NCBI RefSeq assembly: GCF_032444005.1
Contig: NC_091290.1
Location: forward strand, 133,114,001 to 133,178,000
Length of the DNA: 64,000 bases
Direction of reading: 5' to 3'
DNA from: Ranitomeya imitator
Taxonomy: Eukaryota
In this document: piece after piece, positions 35,301-61,556 of the stretch
Layout: each line of letters starts with the position of its first letter
Numbering within the stretch: the first letter of the stretch is position 1
Notes under the pieces: model-generated
What the model was told of the DNA's origin: nothing
Databases searched by the model: none
The model's input: only the letters and a program-made list of their open reading frames with translations
Translations under genes and position numbers: made by a program

Positions 35301-38300
35301 CTTGTGCAGGCATGTACTACGGAGAACAGAGAATGAACTTCAATCCAATATTTCGGCCAGCATGCAGCCAGCAGGTAAGGAAAGGGTGAATCAAACACCC
35401 GAAAACTCCGCCCATATGACCCAAAACCAGTCCCGCCAAATTCAGGTGACAGGTTCCCTTTAAAGGGTTATTACCAAAATATGAAATTTGCCCCAATCTT
35501 TTGGGATTACGCAGCAGTCGGCATAGACTATGAATGAATGGAGTGGAGGTCGAGCACCATTCAAGATGGTCCTCGAAGTCCCTGCAACCATTTCACATCT
35601 GGACTTACTATCTTAATACAGAAAGTCGTCTTGGAGATGAATCGCCTTGGAATGATTGTGGATTTAGCTCATGTTTCGGAAAAGACGATGAGAGATGCCC
35701 TAAGCGTCTCTGTGGCCCCCGTCATATTCAGTCACTCATCTGCCTTCCATCTATGCAATCATGCCAGGAACGTGAAAGATGACGTTCTCAGAATTGTGGT
35801 AAGTGAGAACATCAGAAAGTCTTATATAACTAGAATAAGACTGAAGGTGAAAATCCACACCCAGGCTCTCCTCTTCCTAGAGTCTTCCATTCACTGTGTG
35901 ACCATTGCTTATCTTGGCTCAGGCAGCACATAGACTTGATCACCTTCATCTACTAGAATATTGCAGCAAAGCTGCTGGTCTCTCTGCTCCTCCCTCCTCC
36001 TCCATAGACTTCAATGGATAGTTGTAATCTGATCCCTCAGTAAACTGACAGTCTGTCTTTTTTTGATCAAGTTGGATTCTACATGGCAGATCTTCCAGCA
36101 GTGATTGGAGCAAGCTTCGATTGCTGCTATATAACCACGTAAATGCCGCTATCAATCTAACTGTTTTTTTTTTTTTTACATTTTCCTTATTTTTGGATGG
36201 GAAAAGGGTGACACCACGGTACCCCGGGTTAGAACGGGTGGCAGGATGGGCTTCTAAATCTGTATTTCTGGTTCCTGAATAAAGGGGAGGAAAAAGCGAA
36301 TTGCAAAATTGGCCGTAACGGGAAGGGGTTAAATTGATCAATGGCTACTGAAAAGTTGCCATGATATAAGAGAAACACTGCAAAACCTCCTGACATCCTC
36401 TGTTTCTGATTACAGAAAGACAAGAAGGGTCTGGTGATGGTGAACTTCTATAATGACTATGTCACATGCAAAACCGCTGCCAATCTGTCCGATGTGGCCG
36501 GTAAGTAGTGATCGGATAGTATGGATTCCATGTTCTGTCTCCTATAGGACTATCAACCTAGTAATGGGTGCGATATTAAAGTGTTACTTCCGCATCCATT
36601 GTCTCTGACCTGTCATGGACACCTTAGATACAGTCTTGCTTTTTTTTTGCACCATTTACATTTATGTTTATCTTTCCATAGATCATTTTGATCACATTAA
36701 AAAAATTGCTGGATATGAATCTGTTGGATTTGGAGGTGATTATGATGGAGTCCCCAGGTACGCTGGTTAAAAACCACTCCTTAGAAATAATATAATTCTA
36801 GCTTCTTGCAGCCACCACTAAAGGGAGCACACTGCATACACTCTATATAGAAAACTAGATGGTGGCCCGATTCTAACGCATCGGGTATTCTAGAATATGT
36901 ATGTATGTATGTATGTATATAGCAGCCTCATAGTATACAGCACAGGCCACGTAGTATATAGGAGCCATGTAGTATATAGCAGACACCCAGTATATAACAC
37001 AGCCCACGCAATATATAACACAGCCCACGCAGTATATAACACAGCCCATGCAGTATATAACACAGCCCACGCAGTATATAACACAGCCCACGCAGTATAT
37101 AACACAGGCCACACAGTATATAATACAGGCCATGCAGTATATAATACAGGCCACGCAGTATATAACACAGCCCACGTAGTATATAACACAGCCCACGTAG
37201 TATATAGCACAGCCCACGCAGTATATAGCGCAGCCCACGCAGTATATAACACAGCCCACGCAGTATATAACACAGCCCACGCAGTATATAACACAGCCCA
37301 CGCAATATATAACACAGCCCACGTAGTATATAACACAGCCCACGTAGTATATAACACAGCCCACGTAGTATATAACACAGCCCACGCAGTATATAGCACA
37401 GCCCACGCAGTATATAACACTGGCCACGTAGTATATAGCAGCCACGCGGTATATAACACAGCCCACGTAGTATATAGCAGTGTGGGCACCATATCCCTGT
37501 TAAAAAAATGTAAATAAAAAATAGTTATGTACTTACCCGCCGGCGTGCAATGAAGCTGTCCCGATGCGCACTCTGCTGCCGCCAGCTTCCATTCCCAGCG
37601 ATGCATTGCGAAATTACCCAGATGAATTAGCGGTCTCGCGAGACCGCTAAGTCTTCTGGGTAATTTCACAATTCATCTCTGGGAACGGAAGCTGGCGGCA
37701 GCTGCGCGCGCATCGGCGGACGACAGAAGGTGAGAATAGCAGGCTTTTTTGTTTTTTTTTATAATTTTTACTGTAACATTAGATCTTTTTACTATTGATG
37801 CTGCATAGGCAGCATCAATAGTAAAAAGTTGGTCACACAGGGTTAATAGCAGCGTTAACGGAGTGCGTTACCTGCGGCATAACGTGGTCCGTTAACGCTG
37901 CCATTAACCCTGTGTCAGCGCTGACTGGAGGGGAGTATGGAGCGGGCGCCGGGCACTGACTGGACGGAAGTAGGGAGGGACTAATTCTCGGCCGGACTGT
38001 GCCCTTCGCTGACACCAGTCAGTGTCGCGGGATTTCCGTTACAGACAGACAGACAGACGGAAGTGACCCTTAGACAATTAAATATATAGATAAACAAAAT
38101 AATTGAGCTCCCCCTGCTGGCTGTAGATAGAATTAAATCAGGAAATTTTACATTTTTTGCAGGAGATTTGGAGAGAGTGTGGGACATAGCAGGTCATTTT
38201 ATACTTATGCAAAAGAAAATGACCTCTGATCTAATCAGTATGCAAAACCATAATCAATTAAAATAGCACGTTAGGTCAGTGACAGTGTGTGGGCTCTTTA

Positions 38301-40274
38301 ATAAAGTCTATGATGCAGAGTGGGGCTCGTAGGATTTCCACTGAACCTATATACCAGTCTGTGGGCTAGTTTGGTGGTCTGGGCACCAGAACACCCATTG
38401 CCATGCTGCACGTTTTACGAAGTGAATTTAATGGGTTATCCATTTTTGGAGACTTTTTTTTTTTTTTACTTAAATGCATATAATTAAAGCTAAAAATACA
38501 TTTTGCAGTTGGGTTTTATTAAATATGTTGCACCGTTTGCTTCTATATCCTGTGTTGTTCTGGCTATTGCTGGCTGCAGAATGAGGTAACTTAGGATCCG
38601 TCAGCGAGCTCGTTCTGACGTCTGATAGGAGAGCACATCACTCTTATATCTCTTTTTTTCCTAGCTCCTCTCATCTGATTAATGGCCTCAGACTACATGA
38701 GATTAATTAACCTCTTCACTCCAGGACAAGTTTTTTTGTTTTGTTTTTTTTTCTCCCTTTCTTACAAGAGCCATAACATTTTTATTTTTGCGGCCATATG
38801 AGGGCTTGTTTTTTGCGGGACGAGTTGTACGTTTGAATGACACCTTTCATTCTGCCACATAGTCTACTGGTAAATGGGGAAAAAAAATCCAAGAGCAGTG
38901 AAATTGCAAAAAAAAGGGCAATTCAACAATGTTTTTGGTTTCTTTTATTTACCATGTTCAATATATGGTCAAACTGACCTGGCAGTATGTTTGCCCAGGT
39001 CAGTATGAGTTTGCAGATACCAAACATGTATAGGTTTTTTTTTTTTTTTATTAAGGTGGTGAAAAAAAAAATGTCCCCAAAAAAATTGCTTTTGTTGTCA
39101 TTTTCCGAGATCCGTAACGTGTCCATTTTTCAAGATCTGGGGTTAGGTGATGGCTTGTTTTTATTTGCTATGAGCTGACGTTTTTACGGATACCATTTTG
39201 GGGTAGAATGCAATGTTTTTATTGTCTTGTATTGCAATGTTGCGGCGACCAAAAAAAAATTTTTTTCTCGTTACGTCGTTTACCGATCTTATTAATTTAT
39301 TTTATATTTTGATACATCGGACATTTCTGAACCAAATATGTGTATTTTTTAAAATATTTTTAAATTGTTTTATTTGTAATNNNNNNNNNNNNNNNNNNNN
39401 NNNNNNNNNNNNNNNNNNNNNNNNNNNNNNNNNNNNNNNNNNNNNNNNNNNNNNNNNNNNNNNNNNNNNNNNNNNNNNNNNNNNNNNNNNNNNNNNNNNN
39501 NNNNNNNNNGTCCACTTAGGAGACTTGAAGCTGCCATCGTCCGATCGCTAGTTATATACATAGTAGCATATATAGAAAAATCACTATCTCCTAGGAGGAT
39601 CGTGATGGCAGGCACAGGGGTCCTCAGCAGACCCCTCCAGCTGTCAGGACAACCCATCGGCGCCCTGTGATCACGTGACGGGCGTGCCTGGGTGACAACC
39701 CATAAAGTCACTATTACAAAGCATATCACCCAACTTTCTTAGGGTTCTGAAAAATACATCTGCCATAGTCTGGGGGCTTTTCTACCTCTTCAGGACTCCA
39801 TAACAGAGCATACATATCGCTCATCGCCCCATAATCCGAATATAATGCATGTTCTATAATGGGGGACTCGTTCATTATCTTAGGGTACCCGATGGACTGA
39901 AAGATGTATCCAAGTACCCGGACCTTGTGGCGGAGCTGCTACGGAGAGGATGGACGCAGACAGAGCTCCAGGCAGCCCTGACTAATAACCTCATTCGTGT
40001 CTTTAATGAAGTGGAGAAGGTGAGCTCCTGCGCGGATTTAATGGCGGCCATTGGGCCGAAGCTTGCCCCGAATATAACATCTTCTCTTTCTTACTAGACA
40101 AGTATCAGCATGAACTCGGCACAGCCCGCGGATGATCCCATAGATTACAAAGAGATTAAGGATGACTGTCGCACCAGCTATGGCTACAGTATATCCACCG
40201 GTACCGCCGTCCTTCCACATGTTGGCAAAGGGCTGCTTCTTCTCATGTGTCTTTTTTACCCTTTGTCCCTTTAA
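29271..40274 (+). CDS. DPEP1: Dipeptidase 1 (renal membrane dipeptidase, M19 family, GPI-anchored). join(29271/29289-29386,30400-30526,31498-31630,31846-31996,33765-33834,35622-35798,36416-36500,36682-36757,39884-40019,40098-40274)
   Basis: All ten exons splice in frame through GT-AG introns, giving 1230 nt from the ATG at 29289. The protein has a signal peptide, metal and catalytic motifs ([38 protein letters not shown]), the C-terminal dimer Cys in CRTSYGYS, and a hydrophobic GPI tail. It lies tail-to-tail with CHMP1A, as human DPEP1 does. Confidence 0.95.
30400..30526 (+). CDS. DPEP1: DPEP1 coding exon 2
   Basis: HNDLPWQLL...[16 protein letters not shown]; 127 nt; AG/GT flanks. Confidence 0.95.
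31498..31630 (+). CDS. DPEP1: DPEP1 coding exon 3
   Basis: [34 protein letters not shown]...; 133 nt. Confidence 0.95.
31846..31996 (+). CDS. DPEP1: DPEP1 coding exon 4
   Basis: [42 protein letters not shown]; 151 nt. Confidence 0.96.
32286..33114 (+). mobile_element. Solo LTR (family A) in a DPEP1 intron
   Basis: TGTTATG...CACAACA with a 6-bp TSD GGGTTG; homologous to 23005-23802. Confidence 0.85.
33115..33670. mobile_element. Kolobok/T2-type fold-back MITE
   Basis: Long inverted arms (~33135-33270 versus ~33490-33630) and a right end ...AACCCCTTTAA. The left TIR was interrupted by the solo LTR. Confidence 0.75.
33765..33834 (+). CDS. DPEP1: DPEP1 coding exon 5
   Basis: [23 protein letters not shown]; 70 nt. 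Confidence 0.95.
35132..35459. mobile_element. Kolobok/T2-type MITE
   Basis: TTAA|AGGGAACCTGTCACCTGAATTTGGCGGG...CCCGCCAAATTCAGGTGACAGGTTCCCT|TTAA. Confidence 0.88.
35622..35798 (+). CDS. DPEP1: DPEP1 coding exon 6
   Basis: [19 protein letters not shown]...[10 protein letters not shown]...[11 protein letters not shown]; 177 nt. Confidence 0.96.
36416..36500 (+). CDS. DPEP1: DPEP1 coding exon 7
   Basis: [28 protein letters not shown]; 85 nt. Confidence 0.95.
36682..36757 (+). CDS. DPEP1: DPEP1 coding exon 8
   Basis: [25 protein letters not shown]; 76 nt. Confidence 0.95.
36855..38090 (-). mobile_element. Non-autonomous Helitron in a DPEP1 intron
   Basis: On the minus strand it begins with TC after a host A and ends CTAG before a host T. 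There is a subterminal hairpin CCCGAT-n8-ATCGGG (36866-36885) and a (CTGT)n tract near the 5' end. Confidence 0.8.
36935..37475. repeat. 21-bp minisatellite (GCAGTATATAACACAGCCCAC), ~25 copies, inside the Helitron
   Basis: Read directly from the sequence; it explains the 7-aa periodic ORFs. Confidence 0.92.
38709..39690. mobile_element. Probable piggyBac-type non-autonomous element spanning an assembly gap
   Basis: It starts TTAA-CCTCTTCAC and has T-rich internal blocks similar to the reverse-oriented blocks at ~6600-6889 (ending GGGGTTAA) and ~60690-61450. Confidence 0.4.
39381..39509. other. Assembly gap (129 N)
   Basis: Run of N. Confidence 1.
39884..40019 (+). CDS. DPEP1: DPEP1 coding exon 9
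   Basis: [24 protein letters not shown]...[12 protein letters not shown]; 136 nt. Confidence 0.96.
40098..40274 (+). CDS. DPEP1: DPEP1 last coding exon (GPI signal)
   Basis: [58 protein letters not shown]; AATAAA downstream near 41122 and 41648. Confidence 0.93.
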   Translation, partial: TSISMNSAQPADDPIDYKEIKDDCRTSYGYSISTGTAVLPHVGKGLLLLMCLFYPLSL

Positions 40275-41802
40275 ACTCTGCAACTACCCTCAAAATCCCA
40301 TTATATTTAGTGGGGTACATGTATCAATATGCAAATAGCGGCTGCAGACTGGGCACATTTATGGGTGCCATACCGAAAAAAAACAAACAGCCTTTTATAA
40401 TAATTTCAATGCAGCTGCCACACCTTGTTATACTCCCTTAGTCCTTGCAGTCTGCACCTGGGACATGTGGGACTTTACGCTGATTTTTGGGTTATCATTT
40501 TCGGCCGCATGTTATTTAATGACAAATATGGAGTCACATTCAGTCCTGGTATATGAAATAATATTTTTTTTATTAAGCGTCTTTGTCTGCAGTTTCTTCT
40601 ACATGAACATAGAACACCAGAGGGAATATGTATCATTGAGAAAAATAAGGGGCTCCTAGAAGGGTTTTGGAGTGCGGACCCCCTATTTGCCACAATACTC
40701 TCTCTCTCCTGTTGCTGAATTGGATCTATATATCCATGGTCCAATTTAAGGCCCCGAATACATTGGAGGAAAGGACTGACTACGACAGGATCGGACAACC
40801 ATGTAGCGCATTGGGAAGAGAAGGATCGGGCAGGTGGAATTTTAGAGCCCGATGCTTTTATTTTCAGACAAGTCTGGCAGCAGCTTCCTCCTCTCTCCCC
40901 ATTGAAAACACATATGGGGGAGTCAGGAGAGAGAACCATCTGCTGAACGAACATATATCCTTTCCACCCAGTCGTTTCTCCCCTCGCTTTTTCAATCCAA
41001 GAATATACAATATGTATACAAGGACTCCATTCACCAAACAGATGCCAAAAGATTGCTGTTTTGTCCTCGGTAAGACAGGTTTGCTCTGCCATAACTTCCC
41101 ACCAACTAAAAGTTCCCACTGAATAAAAACAAGCGAAGATTGCGAAGAACTGATACAGAAAGTATTCTGGAAAAGTGGAAAACTTATATAAAGCTGAACT
41201 TTTACAAAACTGAGCTGTGACATTGGATGCTGATAAAAAAGTACACTTTGTAGCATGACCCGAGGCAGAAAAAGAGCCACAAATATAAAATAGTAACGAG
41301 CTTCATTAATTTATATTAGTATGAATTCAGAAATAAGTCACACATGGGACGGTGGCATCTTCATAATATACCCACAGGTTGCAGGGCCATCTCGGTGTCA
41401 CCTATGGGACTGTTATTTGTACCAACTTGTGTCTGATGACCCTCATAGTGCCTGTAGCGCTAATACATTGTCCATTCCCTGATATGTCTAGAGAGATCTG
41501 TGCAGACTTGCACTTTATTATATATTAGTAATCTATATATATTGTATTTGGCATTATTTTTTTACTACGTCTTTGTTCCTCATCCTTAACATGCCTCCCT
41601 TCCTATGTGTGACTCATTTTTTTTTTTAATGAATTTTTTAGATTATGAATAAAGATTACTATTTGATATTATTTGTGACAATGTACGTCGTTCCATAATA
41701 ACGATGTCATGGGTCCCATAGCCATGTCAGTGATGTCTACAGGAAAATAGGATTTATTAATTACTCAGGCTATGTAAATATTAAATGTTTAAAAAAAAAA
41801 TA

Positions 41803-41833
<31 letters not shown>

Positions 41834-42169
41834 TATTATGAAAAGGAGAAAAAAAGAGCCATACTAGGTATATATATATAAAAATCCAAAATTTATTAAC
41901 AAATCACATAGTCTATATTAAACATACATATAAAAAAGCAGTAGTTCATGTGCAGGAACAATACACCGGGATGGACAGGATCCACCAAAAAACCTTAATA
42001 ACTAAAGGCCAAACCGGTTAACCATAAGGTGCATAGTGCTATCATCTAGGCAGATGTGCCTGCCAAAACAGCGCCCCATATAAGCCTAGCCCCCAGTGAG
42101 GCAAACATCAAAGCATGGGGAGATGGGCAGACACTTACCAAGGTAAAGATTGGAGGATCCAAGGCCGGG

Positions 42170-42298
42170 NNNNNNNNNNNNNNNNNNNNNNNNNNNNNNN
42201 NNNNNNNNNNNNNNNNNNNNNNNNNNNNNNNNNNNNNNNNNNNNNNNNNNNNNNNNNNNNNNNNNNNNNNNNNNNNNNNNNNNNNNNNNNNNNNNNNN
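42170..42298. other. Assembly gap (129 N)
   Basis: Run of N. Confidence 1.
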
Positions 42299-42436
42299 AT
42301 TAAATGATCTCGAACAGGCCTAAAGTTAAAGGAGACATTTCGTTTGTATTTTAGTTAAAAAAGACTTTTCTGCCTACAAAAAGTATATACAAGCTGTGAA
42401 ACTTGCAAAAGAGGGTGCTACTAGGTACTAATTATC

Positions 42437-43662
42437 AGGGTACCCAAACTTTTGCATTGGCCATTTTCCTTTTTTGTCATTTTTAAAATGCAAAAGATGA
42501 AAATATATTTTTCGACTCTTATTTGAGGGATTTTCATCCAATTTTCCCAGGGAAATTCTTCCAGTTCTGTGAGATTCTAGGGTTGTCTTCCATCCTCTGC
42601 TATTTTGAGGTCTAGCCACAGATTTTCAATGATGTTCAGATCAGAGGACTGTGAGGGCCATTGTAAAACCTTCAGCTTGAGCCTTTTGAGGTTGTCTATT
42701 GTGGATTGTGACGTGTGTTTAGAATCATTATCCATTTGATGATGTTATGTTTGCATCAAGAATTTGCACAGGTAGAGGGAAGAATTGATTCAATTAAATG
42801 TCAACAATGTTCCCCAAAGCATGATTGATCTGCCTCCATGCTTAATGGTTGGTGAGATGTTCTTTTCCTGAAATTCCGTGCTCTTTTTTCTCCACACATA
42901 CCTTTGATCATTGTGGCCAAAGAGTTCTATTTTAACCTAATCGGTCCACAGGACTTGTTTCCAAAATTCATCAGGCTTGTTTAGATGTTCGTTTGTATTA
43001 TTCTGACACTGAATTTTATGGTGAGGATGCAGGAGAGGTTTTCTTCTAATGACTTCCTTGAAGGCCATATTTGTGCAGGTGTCTCTGAACAGTAGAACAT
43101 TGTACCACAACTCCAGAGTCTACTAAATCTTTCTGAAGGTCTTTTGCAGTCAAGCGGAGGTTTTCATTTGCCTTTCCACAGCAATCCTACGAGCAGCTTT
43201 CAATGAAATTTTGGTCTTGCAGACCTTATCTTGACCTCCACTGTTCCTGTTTACTACCATTTATTAATTACATTTCAAATTAAGGAAAGTTCAACCTGAA
43301 AACGCTTTATTATCTTCTTATAGCCTTCTCCTGCTTTGTGGGCCTCCATTTTCAGATTGCTAGGCAGCTGCTTAGTAGAACCCATGGCTGCTGTTTTTGG
43401 GCACAAAATTAGAGGCGGCAGGGTTTTTATAAAGCTGGGAAGTTTCCATCACGCGGCCTTTCCTCATAATAAGAGTGAACAAGCCATAACCCTTACAGGC
43501 TAATTAAGGTCTGAAACCTTGGTCAAATTTATCTGAGCACACAAATCTCCAAGGGTGCCCAAACGTTTGCATCGGTACATTTTCATTTTAGTAATTTTTT
43601 AAAGTGTAAAAAATTAAAATAACTAATTTTAACCAGGGGTGCCCAAACTTTTACATGCCACT
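42437..43662 (-). mobile_element. Decayed, internally deleted Tc1 element
   Basis: Minus-strand ATG at 43385 gives MGSTKQLPSNLK...HKAGEGYKKI with stops; repeated GGGTGCCCAAACTTTTGCA terminal motifs. Confidence 0.7.
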
Positions 43663-43691
43663 ATGTATGTATGTATGTATGTATATATATA

Positions 43692-45181
<1,490 letters not shown>

Positions 45182-47873
45182 TATCGATATCTAGGTAATT
45201 ATATATAAAATACACTTATTTATTGAAATTATAGCTATAAATTACACACAATTTCAGCCATGAGATGCGCAGTGTAAAGGACTGATAAGACAGCCACGAG
45301 CAGATCCCCCCCATCTGTTCACAAAACCAGAAGTAGACAGCGGAACGATTAGGAAATCTGTTGCAGACGCATGTGACGTACATTTACCTTGTGGTACTTA
45401 CTGTGGCAACGCTTTAGGAAATGAACTAACATCCTGGGAAGTGTCAGGCTGATAGATCAGGTTCAGAACATGCACTTTATAAGTGGTTCCTGAACTTGTT
45501 TTTTTTAGGACATAACATTTTTAAACCGTAGATTCATTCATCACCGGATTTCTCTCTGCATAGCATTATTTTCTTAGACCTGTTGAGGCCAATGTATTTA
45601 CCTTGAAAATGCATAGTTTTTTTGCTTTTTTTTTCCATAGAAGAGGTGTCAAAGATATTGGCAGGTAGGAAGTGGTGCACAAGACTCCTGGTTGGCGGAT
45701 ATAGAATACTGATGTGAAAACTTGAGAATCGAGATTTGCTCATCTCTACTCACAAGTCCAAGTGTACTCAGTATCTGACCTGTCTGACAGCTGCAGCTTG
45801 TACTAAGCAGTGAGAGATGTATGCAGAAGCAGGGAGGAGGGACCATGAGAAACCAGCAATCAGGCCAAGTGGTGAAGAGAGTAAGTTAAACTTTTACACA
45901 GGGTTATGCAGCGTTTCTGAGATGGATTTTCAGAGTACACATCATATTTATCAGGTCCAAGATCCATGTAATGTATGCAGTTAGCATTGTGAAGGTTACA
46001 CGCAGACTAACTATACCGACTTTTTCATCACTGCAGTCCAGAGGGTTATAATGAGTTACATGTAACACTATGGACTGCAGAGGTCACCCGGAATTTATGG
46101 GCCCACCCCAAGGAAGGTGCAGTCATTTGTACTTCGTCTCTTACCTTACTGGCACCCGTGTCCGCAACCTTCTGACAAGTTAACATAACAAATCCAATAC
46201 CAGAGAAGTAAGAATTACCAGAATTTATTTGGAAACGTAAATACAAACATTTCTTTATAGATAAATTACACCCAAGAACAAAAAGACAGTGGAAAACAAA
46301 AACAAAGGCAAATTGGTAAAAAGGAAAAAAAAAGAAATAATGCACAAAATTTACATTTGGGATGGCTAAAAACAAAGTATGCTGGGAGAAGAGGTGGCAC
46401 AAACCATATAGGGGAACAGCAGGGACAACAGGCTATTAGAGGGAAAGAAGGGCTACTTTCTTCCAAAAACAGCACCTTTTCTTTCTGCAGGATGTATATG
46501 ATATAGCAGCTCAATCCTAAAAAAAAATAAAACGAGCTGCAATACAAGACACAACCTGTAGGCGGGTGTGATGCTGATAGTAAAAGAAATCGGCCATGTT
46601 TCTCTGACTCTGGACATTCCCTTCAATTTTTTGCATTAGACACCAACCACTGGGAAAACATAACCAGGGGCCATATGTAGTGTTGTTTTATAGGACATCT
46701 CCCGAGAATACCTGTAAAACATAAATTCCTGAGTTTTGCTTGTGTTTACTAAGTTTTGAGAAAATAATAATTAAGAAAGAAAAAAAGTTTGCAGGACCCT
46801 GATCGTTGGTGGTTTCTACCACCCAGACCACAGCACAGTGAACCTCCTACCTGTGACAGTCCTGCGCCTCTTTTGGTTAGTAGGTCCCTTTGATGTCATG
46901 CATTGAGCTGACTATGTGGGGTCTACTAATCCGAAGGACCAGAAATGCCGGCAGGTAGGAAGAGGTCGCAGGGCTCTAGTCTGGTGGCCACGAGTCCTGC
47001 AAATAACCAATATGGCCGCCATTCCAACTCCCACAGCAATCTGTCAGAAAAAGATGACGGGAACTATGATTACTAATAATTTTTAGGGGGAGATGCCCTT
47101 TATGAAGCACATGGCACATCTACTTGCATCACCACCTACATGGATATGTATGAAGGCCTTACCGGTCCTATGAACTACCACAGCTAGCATGGCATTGTTT
47201 CCAGCATATTAAAGGTTAAACAGGCACAATACATTAACCCACTCTGCACAGGAGGTTAGAGCAATAAGCAGACAAGCCCACACGGGTGCAAGTATAGGAT
47301 TCAGGGGTCATACCCTGCTTCACAATTATTACAAAAGCACATATACAGTCATTAGGTTTACAACCTCACACAGACTTTTTGATCTTGTGAGAGAACGCGA
47401 GTACGGGGGAGATGTAACAAGGGGCACTGTATGGCGTCTCTGGCACATATAGAATATAGATAGGTCTCCATTTAGGATACAAGGACAGCAAGTAAAATAC
47501 AACCTTTAGTGTAGGAGGAAGCACATTTTAATATTTCTGAGATCTCCCCAGATGTGATTATCAGCGGCCTGTGCGTCCCCTGATCACTAAGATTCTCTCA
47601 TTCCCAGCAAGGCGTCAGGGAGACAGGAAGAATAAGAGAAAATCTAATATTTGTACATTATCCCTCCATATGAAATGCTAATCCTGGGCTGAAATCCATG
47701 CATCGAGGCCACCGACATGGCGGCTTCAGCTTCCGAGATTGCGGAGAAACTAAAAAGGCTTTAGCAGTGCAATCCCGGGGGCCCAAGATTCTCCCATTAT
47801 TTATTGGTGAAGGCCACATGTGATAAAGTGACCCCAGTGTACCCCAGGCAGGAGAGGGCAAAGCAGCGAGACT

Positions 47874-59698
<11,825 letters not shown>

Positions 59699-59729
59699 CC
59701 CGAGCTCTTCTCACCGCCGCAGCAGAGAA

Positions 59730-59915
59730 CACCAGCGACACTTCCGGGTTCTGGCTGCTGCTGCGCTCCCTCCCAACTCGCGCGATGAGATGACGTCACA
59801 CACTCCGGCGACTCGGTCACGTGAGTTCTCACAGCTGCCCCGACAACGTATATCACATGACCTGCTTCGCAGTCACGTGGTCCCAGCCTGCACCTCTAAC
59901 TTGTGACGTCACCAA
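59730..59915 (-). promoter_or_regulatory. CHMP1A CpG-rich promoter with CRE, E-box/CLEAR-like, M-box and ETS motifs
   Basis: TGACGTCA at 59791-59798 and 59904-59911; GTCACGTG at 59816-59823 and 59872-59879; TCATGTGA on the minus strand at 59853-59860; CACTTCCGG near 59740. All lie directly upstream of CHMP1A exon 1. Confidence 0.65.
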
Positions 59916-61109
59916 GCCATAGTTCTGGGGCCCTCACACTCTCAGGGGCCCCTCTTTTTCCTCTTCACCCTCAGAGACCTGTTACTTTTCTGTATTCTGT
60001 CTGTAGAGTTGGGCTTTTCCTCTTTCACATGCGCTGGAGGTTCTGTTACCATATTGGGGTCCGCACGACATTCTCATCTATTTTTATACCAATTGTTTCT
60101 GCCATTTTTCTTCCGTTTCAGCGTTCGCCTTAAATCTCTCATTATTTTGCACGTTTCCACACGCAATGATAACAAATACGCCATTTTTTTTAACTATTAA
60201 TTTTCCAGGAACACCGGCACCAGTAAAGAAGCCCCAACCTGAACAGGGGGTCCGCAATATATAACCCTGATGGCCACTTCTCCAGTATCAGTCACACAAT
60301 GGGAGTCGGACGGTCACCATCCACCGTCTCACCACACCTAATATCGGATGGGGCGGTAAAGTGCGACTACACAGGGACGGAGCTGCAGTACCACAGACTG
60401 CCTCATGGACATAGGGGCGCTGTGCGCTGAAGGTCAGCAGACAGGGGACACATCTGTGCACTTCAATGTAAAACCCCGGCAATGAGTCAATCATAACATA
60501 ATCGTATCATGACAGAGGGGAGAGGGGCTACTGGAGACCCCCATGTGTCCGCCATGTTTGCCTGTGGCTGCCCTTCCTACGAGACTGATTTTACAATACT
60601 TACTCACAGTAATATGAGCTCAGATTCAAGTCCCCGATGCAGACGAACAAGAAATACAAAACAAATTAAATAATAAATATATTAAAAATAATATAATTAT
60701 ATATATCAATATATTACAAATGGTAAATTTCACCTTCTCCGAAAATATAAATAAGATATTAAAAAAAAATTTATATATAAAAAATTGGTCTCGCTGTGTG
60801 CATCTCCCTCTCTGAACTAAGAGAAGATTATATTATCTCATGCGTTGAAACGCCAAAACGAAATATTGGAAACGTCAGAATCGTTGTTTTGTTTGTTTGT
60901 TTTTTCCTCCCAAAAACTACATTGAAAAAAGATCAGAAAGTTATATGGAGGCAAAATGCCGATAATAAAAACTGCAGCTTGTACCACAGAAACCTGGATC
61001 CAGCCGTATGGACCGGAAAATGAAATAGTTATATGGCCCCGATTATCATGTCGGCACATAATATTTTGCTATCTTTAGTGTTTTTTGCCTGTTTTTATTT
61101 GTGTCAATT

Positions 61110-61112
<3 letters not shown>

Positions 61113-61176
<64 letters not shown>

Positions 61177-61197
61177 CTCTCTCTCTCTCTCTCTCTC
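61113..61197. repeat. (CT)n microsatellite
   Basis: Read directly from the sequence. Confidence 0.95.
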
Positions 61198-61542
61198 CCT
61201 CCCCTTTTAGGGTTTCTAGGTTTTCCCCTTATTCATCCTTTGCCACTTTTCACAGAGTCATAAAGTTTGTTGCACATTTACACCATTCCCCACTTATATT
61301 TGTGACTCTTTTTGATCTAAAAACTTGCAAAAACAAAATGAAACATACACACCATTTTTTATTTTGCACAAAATTCATAACCCCTGTTCACCATTTTTTA
61401 AAATATGGCTCCAAAATGTTTGTGTTTATCTATAGGTACCGTATACTATCACATACTGTATTCTATGTAGCCATGCTCCCACCAGTGTCCCCCACTGGTT
61501 ACTGCTGCTTTCTCCCAGTGCCCCTGTAATTACTACTTGCAG

Positions 61543-61556
61543 CCACCAGAGGGCGC
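61543..61556 (+). promoter_or_regulatory. CTCF-like core motif upstream of CDK10
   Basis: CCACCAGAGGGCGC matches the consensus CCASYAGRKGGCRS. Confidence 0.5.

Noticed and set aside
36873-37669. ORFs with 7-aa periodic repeats (AHAVYNT, CVGCVIY)
   Set aside because: They are translations of the 21-bp minisatellite in a Helitron.
39381-42298. Two identical-length (129) N runs
   Set aside because: They are assembly placeholders, not biology. ORFs spanning them are artefacts.
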